DNA of 64,000 nucleotides from an uncultured bacterium (GTDB lineage Bacteria; Eisenbacteria; RBG-16-71-46; CAIMUX01): NCBI GenBank assembly GCA_964473865.1, contig CAYYQN010000003.1, positions 2,545 to 66,544 of the forward strand, read 5' to 3'. Shown piece by piece: positions 1 to 9,138 of this stretch (position 1 is its first letter; each line of letters starts with the position of its first letter). The notes under the pieces were generated by a model. It saw only the letters and a program-made list of their open reading frames with translations, ran no database searches and was not told where the DNA came from. The position numbers and the translations under genes were made by a program.

Positions 1-1416
1 AGCGGCCCAGCGCCATGTAGGTAAGGCCGATGGTGGCATGGAGGGAGGCGCGCACTTCCGGCTGATCGGCCAGTTCTTCCTCGACTCTCCCGGAAGACGC
101 CTCCAGCACCTCCCGGATCGTGACTTCGCGCCCGCGCGCCCTGTCCGGATCGCTCGACGAAAGCATCTCCTGGAGGAACTCGTTGATCCGTTCAGCCTTC
201 CTCGTCTGCAACACCGCCCGTTCCTTGGCCCGACGTTGTACCGCGAACATCACCGACATGGTCGCTCCGAAGCCCGCCAGCAGAAGAACCAGGGTCAGGG
301 CGAAGGCAAAGACCGCCTGGTGGCGGGCGATCAGCTTGCGGAGCTGGTAGCCGGCGCTGGGAGAGTGGGCCAGGATCGGCTCGTCGGCGAGGTGGCGTTC
401 GATATCCTCGGCCAGCGCGAGCACGGTCTGATAGCGCCGTTCCGGGTCCTTTTCCAGGGCCTTCGACGCGATGGTCTCCAGGTCCGCAGGTACGTGAGGC
501 CGCAGGGAACGGAGCTTTTTCGGAGTCTCCTCGCAGATCCGACGTACCGCCTCGTGGAGCGGAAGTCCGTCGGTCTGGTAGGGCGGCTCGTCCGCAAGCA
601 GCTCGTAGAGCAGCACGCCCAGAGAGTAGACATCAGTTCGCACGTCGATCTCGGCCGTTCGCCCACAGGCCTGCTCCGGGCTCATGTAGGGAATCGAGCC
701 CTGGACTCGACCGACTTCGGTTGCCGCCGTAGCGGCCTCCGCTTCCGCGTGCACGATCCGGGCCAGGCCGAAGTCGAGGATCTTGATCTGAGTACGCGGA
801 CGCGGGGTGCTGCCGGGCGAAGCCCGCGCAGGCGGCTCTTCGACCACGACCATGATGTTTCCGGGTTTGATGTCGCGATGGATCACGCCGCGTTGGTGGG
901 CGTACTGGATCGCCTTGCAGATCTGCAGGAAGATCTCGAGCCGTTCGCCGACTCGTTGCTTGTGGCCGATCCCTTCCGGGAGCCGGCTCCGCAGGTGCTC
1001 GCGGAGCGGAGTGCCCTGCACAAGCTCCATCACCAGGAACGGCTGGCCGTCCTCGGAGCGCCCGGCTTCGTAGATGGGGGCAATACCGGCATGCTTCAAG
1101 CGCGCCAGGCTTTGGGCCTCGCGGCCGAACGAACGCACGGCCTCCTCGCTGACGAATGGACCTCCGCGGATCACCTTCAGCGCGACCGAACGCCGGGGCT
1201 CCTGCTGCTCGACCTCGTAGACGATACCCATCGCCCCTTCGCCGATCTTGCGGAGCATCCGGTAGCCGCCGATCCATTCGGGAAGGGGAACGCTGGGCGG
1301 ACGATCCGAAGGCGGGATCGCGGAGTCCGCCGTTGCATCCGAAGAGCCAGCCGCCGATCGCGGGTCTTTGTCACCGGTGGCGGGATCCGGCCTCTCGTTC
1401 TCGGGCCCGGAGATCA
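1..1416 (-). CDS. Hanks-type Ser/Thr protein kinase, membrane-spanning (3' end runs off the window start)
   Basis: My own reverse-strand translation from the ATG at 1416-1414 gives MISGPENER...IGEGAMGIVYEV...ALKVI...HRDIKPGNIMV...DFGLAR...SPEQ...DVYSLGVLLYELL. These are canonical kinase subdomains I-IX. A TM helix (FALTLVLLLAGFGATMSVMF) follows, then an extracytoplasmic tail. It is missing from the ORF track because there is no stop codon inside the window. The listed plus-strand ORF 38..1657 is its antisense shadow. Confidence 0.85.
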
Positions 1417-1647
1417 TGACATCCGCTCCGTCGTCCCGGCCATCGGCTCTGAGCCGGGCCGGAGGCACGCGCGCCAAGTCTCAAGTGCTCCGGATGAGCG
1501 TGCCGGAACTGTAGCCGGATCTCCCCCGGGAGGGAAGGCGAATCGCACCTCCCGGCCCTGGCTCCCGGCGCGCGGATCCTGTATAATGGTAAGGTGGTTC
1601 ACATGCCGTTTGGCCGGGAGGCATATCTGCGCCGATCCGTGGAGGTT

Positions 1648-3945
1648 ATGCGGATGACATTCCAGAGCCTGGCCTCGCATGTCGCCCTTCGCCGCTGGCC
1701 GCTGGCCACCGTTGTCTGGTTCTCCTGCATCCTCTTGATCGCGTCGCCCCGGATCGGCCGTGCGGCGCTCCTGCACCTCAATGTGGTGAACGAGCTGGGG
1801 CAGGGCATCCCGGCCCGCGTTCAGGTGCTCGATGGGCTCGGGGACTACTTCCCCGCCGACACCTGCTCCAGCCTCATGAGCCACAACGACTCGGCCTGGA
1901 TGCGGGCCTACTTCTATTACCAGGAGCCGCTTCTCCTGTCCCTCTGCCCCGGTGTGACCACGATCACTGCCGGTCACGGCTTCGAGTGTCGCCCGGTCCG
2001 GATCAGTTTCAACCTGCAGAACGATACCACTGTCACCGTCACCATTCCGCGGGTCTATGATCTGCGGTCGCTGGGTTGGTTCGGCGGCGATACGCATACC
2101 CACATGGTCCATCCTCCGCAGGACTACCTCCTGACGCCCGCCGACATGCATACAATCGCCCAAGCCGAGGATCTCCCCATGACCTGGGTGACCGACAACG
2201 AGTACAACTTCACCGGCAGTCCGGACGTCGTGAGCACCCCCGATGCCATCCTGTACTTCAGCGTTGAATATCACAACAAGGCCACTGGGCACGCCTGCAT
2301 GCTCGGGCTGAAGGAGATCTTCGCAATCGCCTGCTGCGGGGTGCCCGCTGCCGCGTACCCGCTGCTGTCGGACACGAGAGAGGAGTGGAATCCGGGCTGG
2401 GACGAGGCCATGACCCTTTGCCACCCGATCAGCGGCGCCGACTTCTTCGATGACTCGGTAGGATGGCCGGCCGCCGGGCTGGCCCGCGAAGTCCCGGTGC
2501 AAGCGGCCAGCGGGAACCTGGACATCTACGACATTGCCTCTTACAGCAACGTCGGGGACCTTGCGCTGGATGACTGGTACCGACTCCTGAACTGCGGCTA
2601 CCACATCCCACCCGGCGCCGGTACGGACGCCATCATGGACCGGTACTGGGTGCGACCGGCCGGCGGATACCGGGTCTACGTGAAAGAAACGAGCACGTCG
2701 CACAATTCCTCCGATTGGGTCCAGGGGCTGAAGGCGGGGCGGTGCTTTGTCACCAACTACCCGTTGATCCCGGAGTTCACGATTGACGGCCAGGATGCCG
2801 GGAGCACGCTGGACTACCCGGGTCCCACGGCCACGGTCTCCGTTCACCTTGCGGTCGAGTCGACCCTGCCGGTCTCCACCGCCAAGATCATTGTGAACGG
2901 CGAGGTCGCGCAGACCTTTGACGTTCCCGGCGGTCCCGACGGCTCCTCTGGCGTCTTTGACACGCAGCTCACAGTGAACAAAAGCTCCTGGATCGCCGTG
3001 CGCGTGGACGGCGTCACGGATCTCCGTCACGCGGTTTCGAACTCGCTCTTCGCGCACACCGGACCCATCTATGTCCGCCTGGGCGGGTTGGAGATAGAGC
3101 GGACGATCGACGCCGCGTACTTCCAGGACTGGTGCGATTCGCTCGAGATCTTTGTGGAGAACCGGGGCAATTGGCCGAGCGAGGAAGCGCACGCCCATGT
3201 GCTGCAACGGATCGATGACGCGCGCGTGACATTCGGCAGCCACTTCCTGTATCCACCGTCGGCTTTCGAGCTTCTCGCTCCCGCCAACGGGGCGGTCGCG
3301 CTGGAAGGCGGGCTCGTGCACTTCGATTGGTCGGACGCCACCGTGAGGGAGCCGGGCGACCGGGTCCGGTACCGTCTCGCGATCAGCGCAGACACGTCGT
3401 TCGCCGGGGGGTATCTCTCCCCGCCCCTCAGCTCCAGTCGGCGGATCATGCCGGTGCCGCTTCCGCCCAACCAGGCATACTGGTGGCGCGTGGTGGCAGA
3501 GGAGAGGGGCGGGCATACGACTCCGAGCACGCCCCGGCGGCGGTTGTTCTACCTGGCGACCAGCATTTCGGACGTGGACTCGCTGCAGACGGGGGGCGAC
3601 TCCCCGAGTCTGACCACGGCAGCGTTGTCGGTCTGGCCCAACCCGGCTACCGACCAGGTACACCTGCAGTGGAGTCAGGCGGCGGGCAGCCCCGGGGACT
3701 TCGAGATCTTCGACGTGGGTGGCCGCCTTGTTCTCCGCGTGCATTCCGTGATCTCCTCGGCCCTCACCGCGAACGCGGCGGGCGGTCCCTCACTTTGTCC
3801 CACCGGGACATGGGAAGGATTCGATGCGGGAGGCCGCGCGGTGCCCGGAGGGCTCTATTGGGTCCGCTACGTCCCGGCGGGATCCGCGGCTGCGTACGAA
3901 GCCGGCGGCACCGCTTTGCGGGCCCGGATCCTGCTTCTGCGCTAG
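1648..3945 (+). CDS. secreted metal-dependent hydrolase-like protein (PHP/CehA-like GGDTHTHMVHP motif) with T9SS-type C-terminal sorting domain
   Basis: GGAGG at 1641-1645 precedes an ATG at 1648. The N-terminal signal/TM segment is LATVVWFSCILLIASP and the central motif is GGDTHTHMV. The C-terminal ~75 aa (WPNPATDQVHLQW...GRLV...GGLYWVRY) match the Por/T9SS CTD consensus. A TATAAT hexamer sits at 1582-1587 upstream. Confidence 0.7.
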   Translation: MRMTFQSLASHVALRRWPLATVVWFSCILLIASPRIGRAALLHLNVVNELGQGIPARVQVLDGLGDYFPADTCSSLMSHNDSAWMRAYFYYQEPLLLSLCPGVTTITAGHGFECRPVRISFNLQNDTTVTVTIPRVYDLRSLGWFGGDTHTHMVHPPQDYLLTPADMHTIAQAEDLPMTWVTDNEYNFTGSPDVVSTPDAILYFSVEYHNKATGHACMLGLKEIFAIACCGVPAAAYPLLSDTREEWNPGWDEAMTLCHPISGADFFDDSVGWPAAGLAREVPVQAASGNLDIYDIASYSNVGDLALDDWYRLLNCGYHIPPGAGTDAIMDRYWVRPAGGYRVYVKETSTSHNSSDWVQGLKAGRCFVTNYPLIPEFTIDGQDAGSTLDYPGPTATVSVHLAVESTLPVSTAKIIVNGEVAQTFDVPGGPDGSSGVFDTQLTVNKSSWIAVRVDGVTDLRHAVSNSLFAHTGPIYVRLGGLEIERTIDAAYFQDWCDSLEIFVENRGNWPSEEAHAHVLQRIDDARVTFGSHFLYPPSAFELLAPANGAVALEGGLVHFDWSDATVREPGDRVRYRLAISADTSFAGGYLSPPLSSSRRIMPVPLPPNQAYWWRVVAEERGGHTTPSTPRRRLFYLATSISDVDSLQTGGDSPSLTTAALSVWPNPATDQVHLQWSQAAGSPGDFEIFDVGGRLVLRVHSVISSALTANAAGGPSLCPTGTWEGFDAGGRAVPGGLYWVRYVPAGSAAAYEAGGTALRARILLLR

Positions 3946-3962
3946 GTCCAGTGTCGAGAGGG

Positions 3963-5420
3963 ATGGGCATGGTGTACCGCGCTCCCGCCGCTTGCCGGCT
4001 ACTGGCCCTGAGTGCTCTCAGCGTCCTTGCCTCGGCGATTCCGATCAACGCGTACGCCGCGGCGCCACACCGCGAAGACCTGGTCCGGAAGCAGCCTTAC
4101 CTGATCTTCGGCGGGGATCCGACACAGATGCAGGTGCTCTGGCAACTCAACGCCACCGCGCCAGCGACCATCGTGTGGGGGCGGGATTCCACCTACTCCC
4201 TGGGCCGGGTTCCGACCAGCGAGTACGGGGATGATCATCAGCACTTGTTCACCATCCCGAATCTGGTTCCCGGCACCCACTACGAGTACAAGGTCACGGT
4301 GGGGGGAGACATCTTGCCGGGATCGTTCACCGCCGCATTGGATTCCTCCGGCAACGCCGTACGGTTCTTTGCCTACGGCGATTCTCGCACGAACGTGGAG
4401 ATCCACGACGAGGTGGCTGGCGACATGCTCGCGGCGATGGCGGCGGACTCCAGCCGGCAGTCACTCGTTCTCTCGGTCGGGGATCTGGTCTACGACGGAG
4501 ACAACGAGTCCTACTGGATGGACGAGTTCTTCACTCCCGCGGCACCGAACGTTCGCAGGTTGATCGCATTGCTGCCGTACCAGTGCGCTCGGGGAAACCA
4601 CGAGGGAACGGCGGTTCTATTCGCCAAGTACTTTCCCTATCCGTTTGCCGAGGAGCGTTACTGGTCATTCGATTATGGCCCGGCGCACTTCCTGCTGATG
4701 GACCAGTACACCAGCTACGAAGCGGGTTCGGCTCAGCTGGCCTGGATCGAGAGCGATCTGGCCACGACGACAAAGCCCTGGAAGTTTGTCTATCTGCACG
4801 AGCCCGGGTGGTCGGCGGGGGGCCATGAGAACAACCTTGCCGTGCAGACCCTCATCCAGCCGCTGTGCCAGCAATATGGAGTGGCGATCGTCTTTGGCGG
4901 ACACAATCACTACTACGCGCGGGCGGATGTCTACGGGGTCCAGCACATCACGACCGGTGGAGGCGGCGCGCCGCTCTACCAGCCGGACGACAGCTACCCC
5001 CACGTGGTCGCTTCCGCTTCGGCTCACCATTACTGCGAAGTGGATATCCAGGGCGATACGCTGGAGTTTCGAGCAATCAGTACCGACGGCACGATCCTGG
5101 ACAGCTTCACGTCGCCAGTTCCCTCCAGCGTGGACGAGACGAACGAAGCCGGGACCTCCGCCGATGCTTTCCCCAATCCATTCAACGCAGAGACGACGAT
5201 CCGCTGGCAGCCGCAGAGCGGGATCGGCGGTGAACTCCTGCTCCAGGATGTTGTGGGACGGCTGGTCCGCCGTTACTCGCCGTCCGGAATCGGACCCCAG
5301 ACAGCGCGCTGGGACGGGACCGACGATGGCGGCCGGCCCGTCGCCACAGGGGTCTACTTCCTCCGCGTGGTCGGAGCGCCGGCCGGAGCGCGCACCGGAA
5401 CCGTTCTGCTCATCCGGTGA
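3963..5420 (+). CDS. secreted purple-acid-phosphatase-like metallophosphoesterase with T9SS-type CTD
   Basis: The start follows a GAGAGG RBS. Signal peptide LLALSALSVLASAIPINAYA. Metallophosphoesterase motifs are present: GDSR, GDLVYDGDNE, GNHE, GGHNHYY. The CTD is FPNPFNAETTIRW...GRLVRRY...WDGTDDGGRPVATGVYFLRV. The ORF-track start at 3327 is an upstream extension into the previous gene. Confidence 0.8.
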   Translation: MGMVYRAPAACRLLALSALSVLASAIPINAYAAAPHREDLVRKQPYLIFGGDPTQMQVLWQLNATAPATIVWGRDSTYSLGRVPTSEYGDDHQHLFTIPNLVPGTHYEYKVTVGGDILPGSFTAALDSSGNAVRFFAYGDSRTNVEIHDEVAGDMLAAMAADSSRQSLVLSVGDLVYDGDNESYWMDEFFTPAAPNVRRLIALLPYQCARGNHEGTAVLFAKYFPYPFAEERYWSFDYGPAHFLLMDQYTSYEAGSAQLAWIESDLATTTKPWKFVYLHEPGWSAGGHENNLAVQTLIQPLCQQYGVAIVFGGHNHYYARADVYGVQHITTGGGGAPLYQPDDSYPHVVASASAHHYCEVDIQGDTLEFRAISTDGTILDSFTSPVPSSVDETNEAGTSADAFPNPFNAETTIRWQPQSGIGGELLLQDVVGRLVRRYSPSGIGPQTARWDGTDDGGRPVATGVYFLRVVGAPAGARTGTVLLIR

Positions 5421-5717
5421 GCAGCTGCGAGCCGCGCTCGGGGGCGACTGCCGCTTGGCCTTCCGACATGGTCATGCGCCGCGTGGAGCCTCCGCAGGAC
5501 TGGCCGGAGAGTTGGCGGAGAGAGCCGCCGTCGATCAGGAAGGTATCCTTCGATTCGCCCGACATCGCCGAGGCCTGCCGCGACCCGGACCCCGATCCCG
5601 GGCCCGATCCCCTGCAGCGGCCTCCGAGCGTCCCTGATCGGGTGGTCGGCGACGAGCGGTGATCTGGAGGCGATGGGCATCGATCGCTGATCGATCGCGG
5701 GCCGGCCGACCGGGCGG

Positions 5718-6041
5718 TCAGCGGTCGAGGAGGTGCCGGTGTTCCCGGGGCACGAGATTGCCGTAGTCGGGGTGGCGGGCGATGAAGCGGGAGACGAAGG
5801 GGCAACGGGGCTCGACCGCCCGGCCGGCGGCCCGCTCGGTGTCGAGCGCGGTGCGGATCAGGGCCGAGCCGACCCCGCGCCCACCGAACCGGTCCGGCAC
5901 CTCGGTGTGGATGAACCGGGTGCGGTCCTCCAACCGGAGGTACTGGACGAAGCCGGCCTCCTCACCGGCGAGCCGCGCCACGTACCGGCTCCGTTCGGGC
6001 TCGTCGGCAACCTCGACCTCACACTGCGGACCGGTAGCCAT
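5718..6041 (-). CDS. small GNAT-like N-acetyltransferase-domain protein (PF14542/YjdC-like, ~107 aa)
   Basis: MATGPQCEVEVADEPERSRYVARLAGEEAGFVQYLRLEDRTRFIHTEVPDRFGGRGVGSALIRTALDTERAAGRAVEPRCPFVSRFIARHPDY fits the short CG-type GNAT fold pattern. The longer listed ORF (to 6302) starts at GTG with a non-protein-like Pro/Gly-rich extension. Confidence 0.55.
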   Translation of the reverse strand: MATGPQCEVEVADEPERSRYVARLAGEEAGFVQYLRLEDRTRFIHTEVPDRFGGRGVGSALIRTALDTERAAGRAVEPRCPFVSRFIARHPDYGNLVPREHRHLLDR

Positions 6042-6590
6042 TCGTGCCTCCCGATGGGTGTCGTGCGGCGGATCGTCTGGCCCCCCGGGGGGACCGACAG
6101 GGGGCGTCGCGATCGGGAAGGGTCCGACGCCACCGAACTTGCGATCCTCACCCGCCCGGTAACCCGGGGCCAGGACGGTCGTCCGGCTGGACCAAGCCTG
6201 GTCGAACGGAGAGGGAGGACAAGCGCTGTGATCGGCATCCCCGGCCCCCCACCCTCTCCCGGCGGAGTGTGGCGGCGGCCCGAAGCGGGCACAAGGGGCC
6301 ACCGCGGCCTCGGGTGGAGGTTACATTAACTCCCCGGTCCGGAACCGCCGGGATCCGGGCCGACTCCGGGCATCGAGCCGGTTTCCGCAGCGCAGTTCGA
6401 CCTCCGGCCCCAAGCGAAGGCCCGATCCGTCCGGGCCGCAACGATCGTACGTCGATCTTCCCGGCATCCTTCCCACATCGATGCCTCGGCCGGGACGATG
6501 GAGGAGCCGACGCCGCTGATCGCGCAGAACTGGCGCCGGGCTCGTCCGTCGGGGGGGGGACGACGGACGGCCCGGCCGGACGCCGAACTC

Positions 6591-7760
6591 CTATCGCACC
6601 CTCAGGACCTTTCGCGATTGTTCGACGCCGTTTGCCACCAGACGGAGGTGGTATGTCCCGCAGGCTACGGGACGCCCGGAGCCGTCGCTCCCGTCCCACG
6701 CCACGGAGTACGCTCCGGGCGACCTGGCCTCGTCGACCAGGTTCCTGACCAACTCCCCCTGCACGCCGTAGACGTCCAGACGCGTGCGGGCGGAGACAGC
6801 CAGCTCGAAGCGGATGTCCGTCTGGCGGAAGAACGGATTGGGACGGCTCTCCCCGAGCAGGCAAGCCTTGATCCGACCGGCCGGCGCAACATCCTCCGTC
6901 TCCAGGGGAATGCGGACCCAGTTGCTCGAGTCATAGCACGTCACCAGGAGCGTGTTGTCTCTGACGTCGTAGGTCGGGTAGACGATGCCTCCCCCCTCGA
7001 AGATCATGGTCGGAGAACCGCTGAGAGAGGGATCAAACCGGTACACGCCGGGCAGGTAGTACCCGGTAACGTAGTACCGGCCCGCCAGGTCCTGGGCGAT
7101 CCCATCGCCGCCCCCCAATGTCGTCGTGGCCAACGTCGTCACCGACGAATCCGCCAGACTGACGGCCATGATCCGCGGGTTCGCGCGATCCTCGATGACG
7201 ACCAACCGGTTCTGCGCAGCCTGAAAGATCATGCCGTTCGGCTTGTTCAAGGCCGAACCGGTCACAAACGTCCAGAACGCATGGTCGCTGAGTCTTATCT
7301 TGTAGATCTCGTTGCGGAGCGGGCACGAGACGTACAGGTACCCGGAGTCGTCAGCGACGAGGCTGGACAAGTAACCAGGGCCCGGGAACGTGACCGTCAC
7401 GGTCAGGAGCCGGGAATCCAGATCGTAGCCCTTGATCTTCCGGCCCGAACAGGCCCCGTAGACGGTGTTGCCGGCGATTTCCATTCCGTCGATGAAGCCC
7501 GCCGCCGGGACAAAGCAGCTCTCGGCCCCAGCGCTGTTGATCTGGGTGATGTCTCCCGTGTGGTCGTTGGACACAAGCAGGCGGTCGTGAGTCGCGTCGA
7601 TGACGATCTTCTGCGGACCGCTGAGCTCACACTCGCCCAGACAGAGCGAGGGAAGAGACACGAGCATCGCGGCGAGCAGGGCCGCAGCCGGCCACTTGCC
7701 TGCCCGGGAGGCTGACCGGCCGCGGCCGGGACTCCTGGTGTCGATTCTAGGTGCAGTCAT
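6591..7760 (-). CDS. secreted beta-propeller protein (SMP-30/gluconolactonase/LRE-like) with T9SS-type CTD
   Basis: Signal peptide (WPAAALLAAMLVSLPSLCLG), then repeated blade-like segments including NKPNGMIF. The CTD is RPNPFFRQTDIRFEL...GELVRNLVDE...WDGSDGSGRPVACGTYHLRLV. Confidence 0.65.
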   Translation of the reverse strand: MTAPRIDTRSPGRGRSASRAGKWPAAALLAAMLVSLPSLCLGECELSGPQKIVIDATHDRLLVSNDHTGDITQINSAGAESCFVPAAGFIDGMEIAGNTVYGACSGRKIKGYDLDSRLLTVTVTFPGPGYLSSLVADDSGYLYVSCPLRNEIYKIRLSDHAFWTFVTGSALNKPNGMIFQAAQNRLVVIEDRANPRIMAVSLADSSVTTLATTTLGGGDGIAQDLAGRYYVTGYYLPGVYRFDPSLSGSPTMIFEGGGIVYPTYDVRDNTLLVTCYDSSNWVRIPLETEDVAPAGRIKACLLGESRPNPFFRQTDIRFELAVSARTRLDVYGVQGELVRNLVDEARSPGAYSVAWDGSDGSGRPVACGTYHLRLVANGVEQSRKVLRVR

Positions 7761-7817
7761 GTTCGTTCATCCTTTCATCCGTTCATGGACGTCCTGAAAC
7801 CTCGCGGCGGGACCGGC

Positions 7818-7831
7818 CGACGCCACTCCTC
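7818..7831. promoter_or_regulatory. 10-bp perfect palindrome CTATCGATAG in the AT-rich spacer between the TrmB-regulator gene and the CTD beta-propeller gene (candidate operator)
   Basis: acatactaCCTATCGATAGtaatacac. It is the only low-GC patch in the 7760-7995 intergenic region. Confidence 0.3.
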
Positions 7832-7994
7832 CCAGAACATACTACCTATCGATAGTAATACACAAGAAAAATCTCACAATCCAGCAGGCGTCGCCTGGGA
7901 GGGTGAGGTCGAAGGCAGGCAGGCTCCCAGGGCCGGGGGCCGTCGGGTCAGGCGGCGACCTGGCGAAGGGGCGAACGGGCAACGGGGCTGCGGG

Positions 7995-8906
7995 TTACGA
8001 GCCGGGGCGCGTTCCAAATAGGGCCGCGACGCGTTCTGCCCCGGGGAGCAGCCCGTTCAAGAAGAGCTTCTCCCACCTCCGGAGCTGCGCCTGGGCAGAC
8101 TCCGACGGCGCATCGGACTCCAGGGTGCATTGGAGCGAGTTGGCCAGGATCTCCGATCCCAGAGCTCGCGTCTGCATGTATGCGAGAACGGGACCAGCGG
8201 TCCAGACCGCCTGGAAGATCTCGCGCCCGTCCTCGGTGAGCAGCGCGGTCAGGTGTTCCGTGCCATCCACGGCGAGCCGGACCCACTGCCGGGGCCAACC
8301 TCTGACCAGCCGTTCCCGAGGAAAGACGGTCGTCCAGGCGACGGGAAGATCGACCGGTTCGTGGCTCAGGATCGCGATCCGAACCTTGCGCCTGGCGGCA
8401 GCCGCGATCTCCTCGCGAAGCCTGGCCAGCGGGTCGGGGAAGATGTCGAGGTAGACGACGGCCTTGGCTCCGGAGAGCATCGCGCGGCAGCGCTCGAAGA
8501 CCTGATCGACGGTGGACAGGCGGTAGACCCGGTCGTCTTCCCGGGGCGGGGCCAGCTGTCGCATCCTCTCCGTGGCCTCGGCACACTGCAGTTCGAAACG
8601 CCGCTTCAGTTGGTCCAGGAACTCCTCAAAGGGGACGGCCCGGTGGAGGTGGGATCGGCTGTCGTCCACCAGCACGGCGCCCTGCCGGACCAGAGACTCC
8701 ATCGCCCGGTAGACATAGGGGGCCGGCTTGCCGAGCGCCTTGGCCACGGCGTAACCCGTGGCGGAAGGGTGAACCAGGAGATGGGCGTAGACCCCGGCCT
8801 CCATCTGGGTGAGGCCCAGCTTCACCAACGCGGACCAGTCATCGGTGGGCGCGCGTCTGCGTCTGGCCGCCGACTTCGTTCCGCCGTCCACCGAACGCTT
8901 GGGCAT
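7995..8906 (-). CDS. TrmB-family (sugar-responsive) transcriptional regulator
   Basis: N-terminal wHTH LGLTQMEAGVYAHLLVHPSATGYAVAKALGKPAPYVYRAMESLVRQGAV is typical of TrmB. A C-terminal effector-binding-type domain follows. Confidence 0.65.
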   Translation of the reverse strand: MPKRSVDGGTKSAARRRRAPTDDWSALVKLGLTQMEAGVYAHLLVHPSATGYAVAKALGKPAPYVYRAMESLVRQGAVLVDDSRSHLHRAVPFEEFLDQLKRRFELQCAEATERMRQLAPPREDDRVYRLSTVDQVFERCRAMLSGAKAVVYLDIFPDPLARLREEIAAAARRKVRIAILSHEPVDLPVAWTTVFPRERLVRGWPRQWVRLAVDGTEHLTALLTEDGREIFQAVWTAGPVLAYMQTRALGSEILANSLQCTLESDAPSESAQAQLRRWEKLFLNGLLPGAERVAALFGTRPGS

Positions 8907-9138
8907 TCGTAACCTCCCACCTCGCTCTGTCCCTCACGACCGAGCGACGGCCATGATGACGCGGCCGAATGATTCGATCAACGAGGAAGCGACGCCTGCT
9001 TCGGCCGATCGCGATCCTGCCATTTCCAGATCGCGTGGTGCGCCAGTCGCTTGATCCAACGGCCGTCCGGCTCGGGAGCGATCCCCGCGATCCTCAGCCG
9101 TCCTCGGCCGCCCTCACCTTCCGAGCCCTGCTCGCGTC

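Noticed and set aside
38-1657. 539-aa plus-strand ORF covering the first 1.6 kb
   Set aside because: Its composition is Arg/Gly/Pro-rich with no recognisable domain. It is exactly antisense to a clean Hanks-type kinase on the minus strand, so it is a high-GC antisense shadow ORF.
1414-3744. 776-aa minus-strand ORF opposite the PHP-like hydrolase gene
   Set aside because: It has no domains and biased composition. It lies opposite a gene with a signal peptide, a catalytic motif and a CTD. It is an antisense artefact.
5417-5570. Possible 51-aa minus-strand peptide MSGESKDTFLIDGGSLRQLSGQSCGGSTRRMTMSEGQAAVAPERGSQLLTG in the 5.4-5.7 kb spacer (RiPP-precursor-like Gly/Ser/Cys content)
   Set aside because: There is no RBS. 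There are no neighbouring maturation genes (no radical SAM/YcaO/LanM adjacent). The surrounding region has multiple overlapping frames. Evidence is insufficient.
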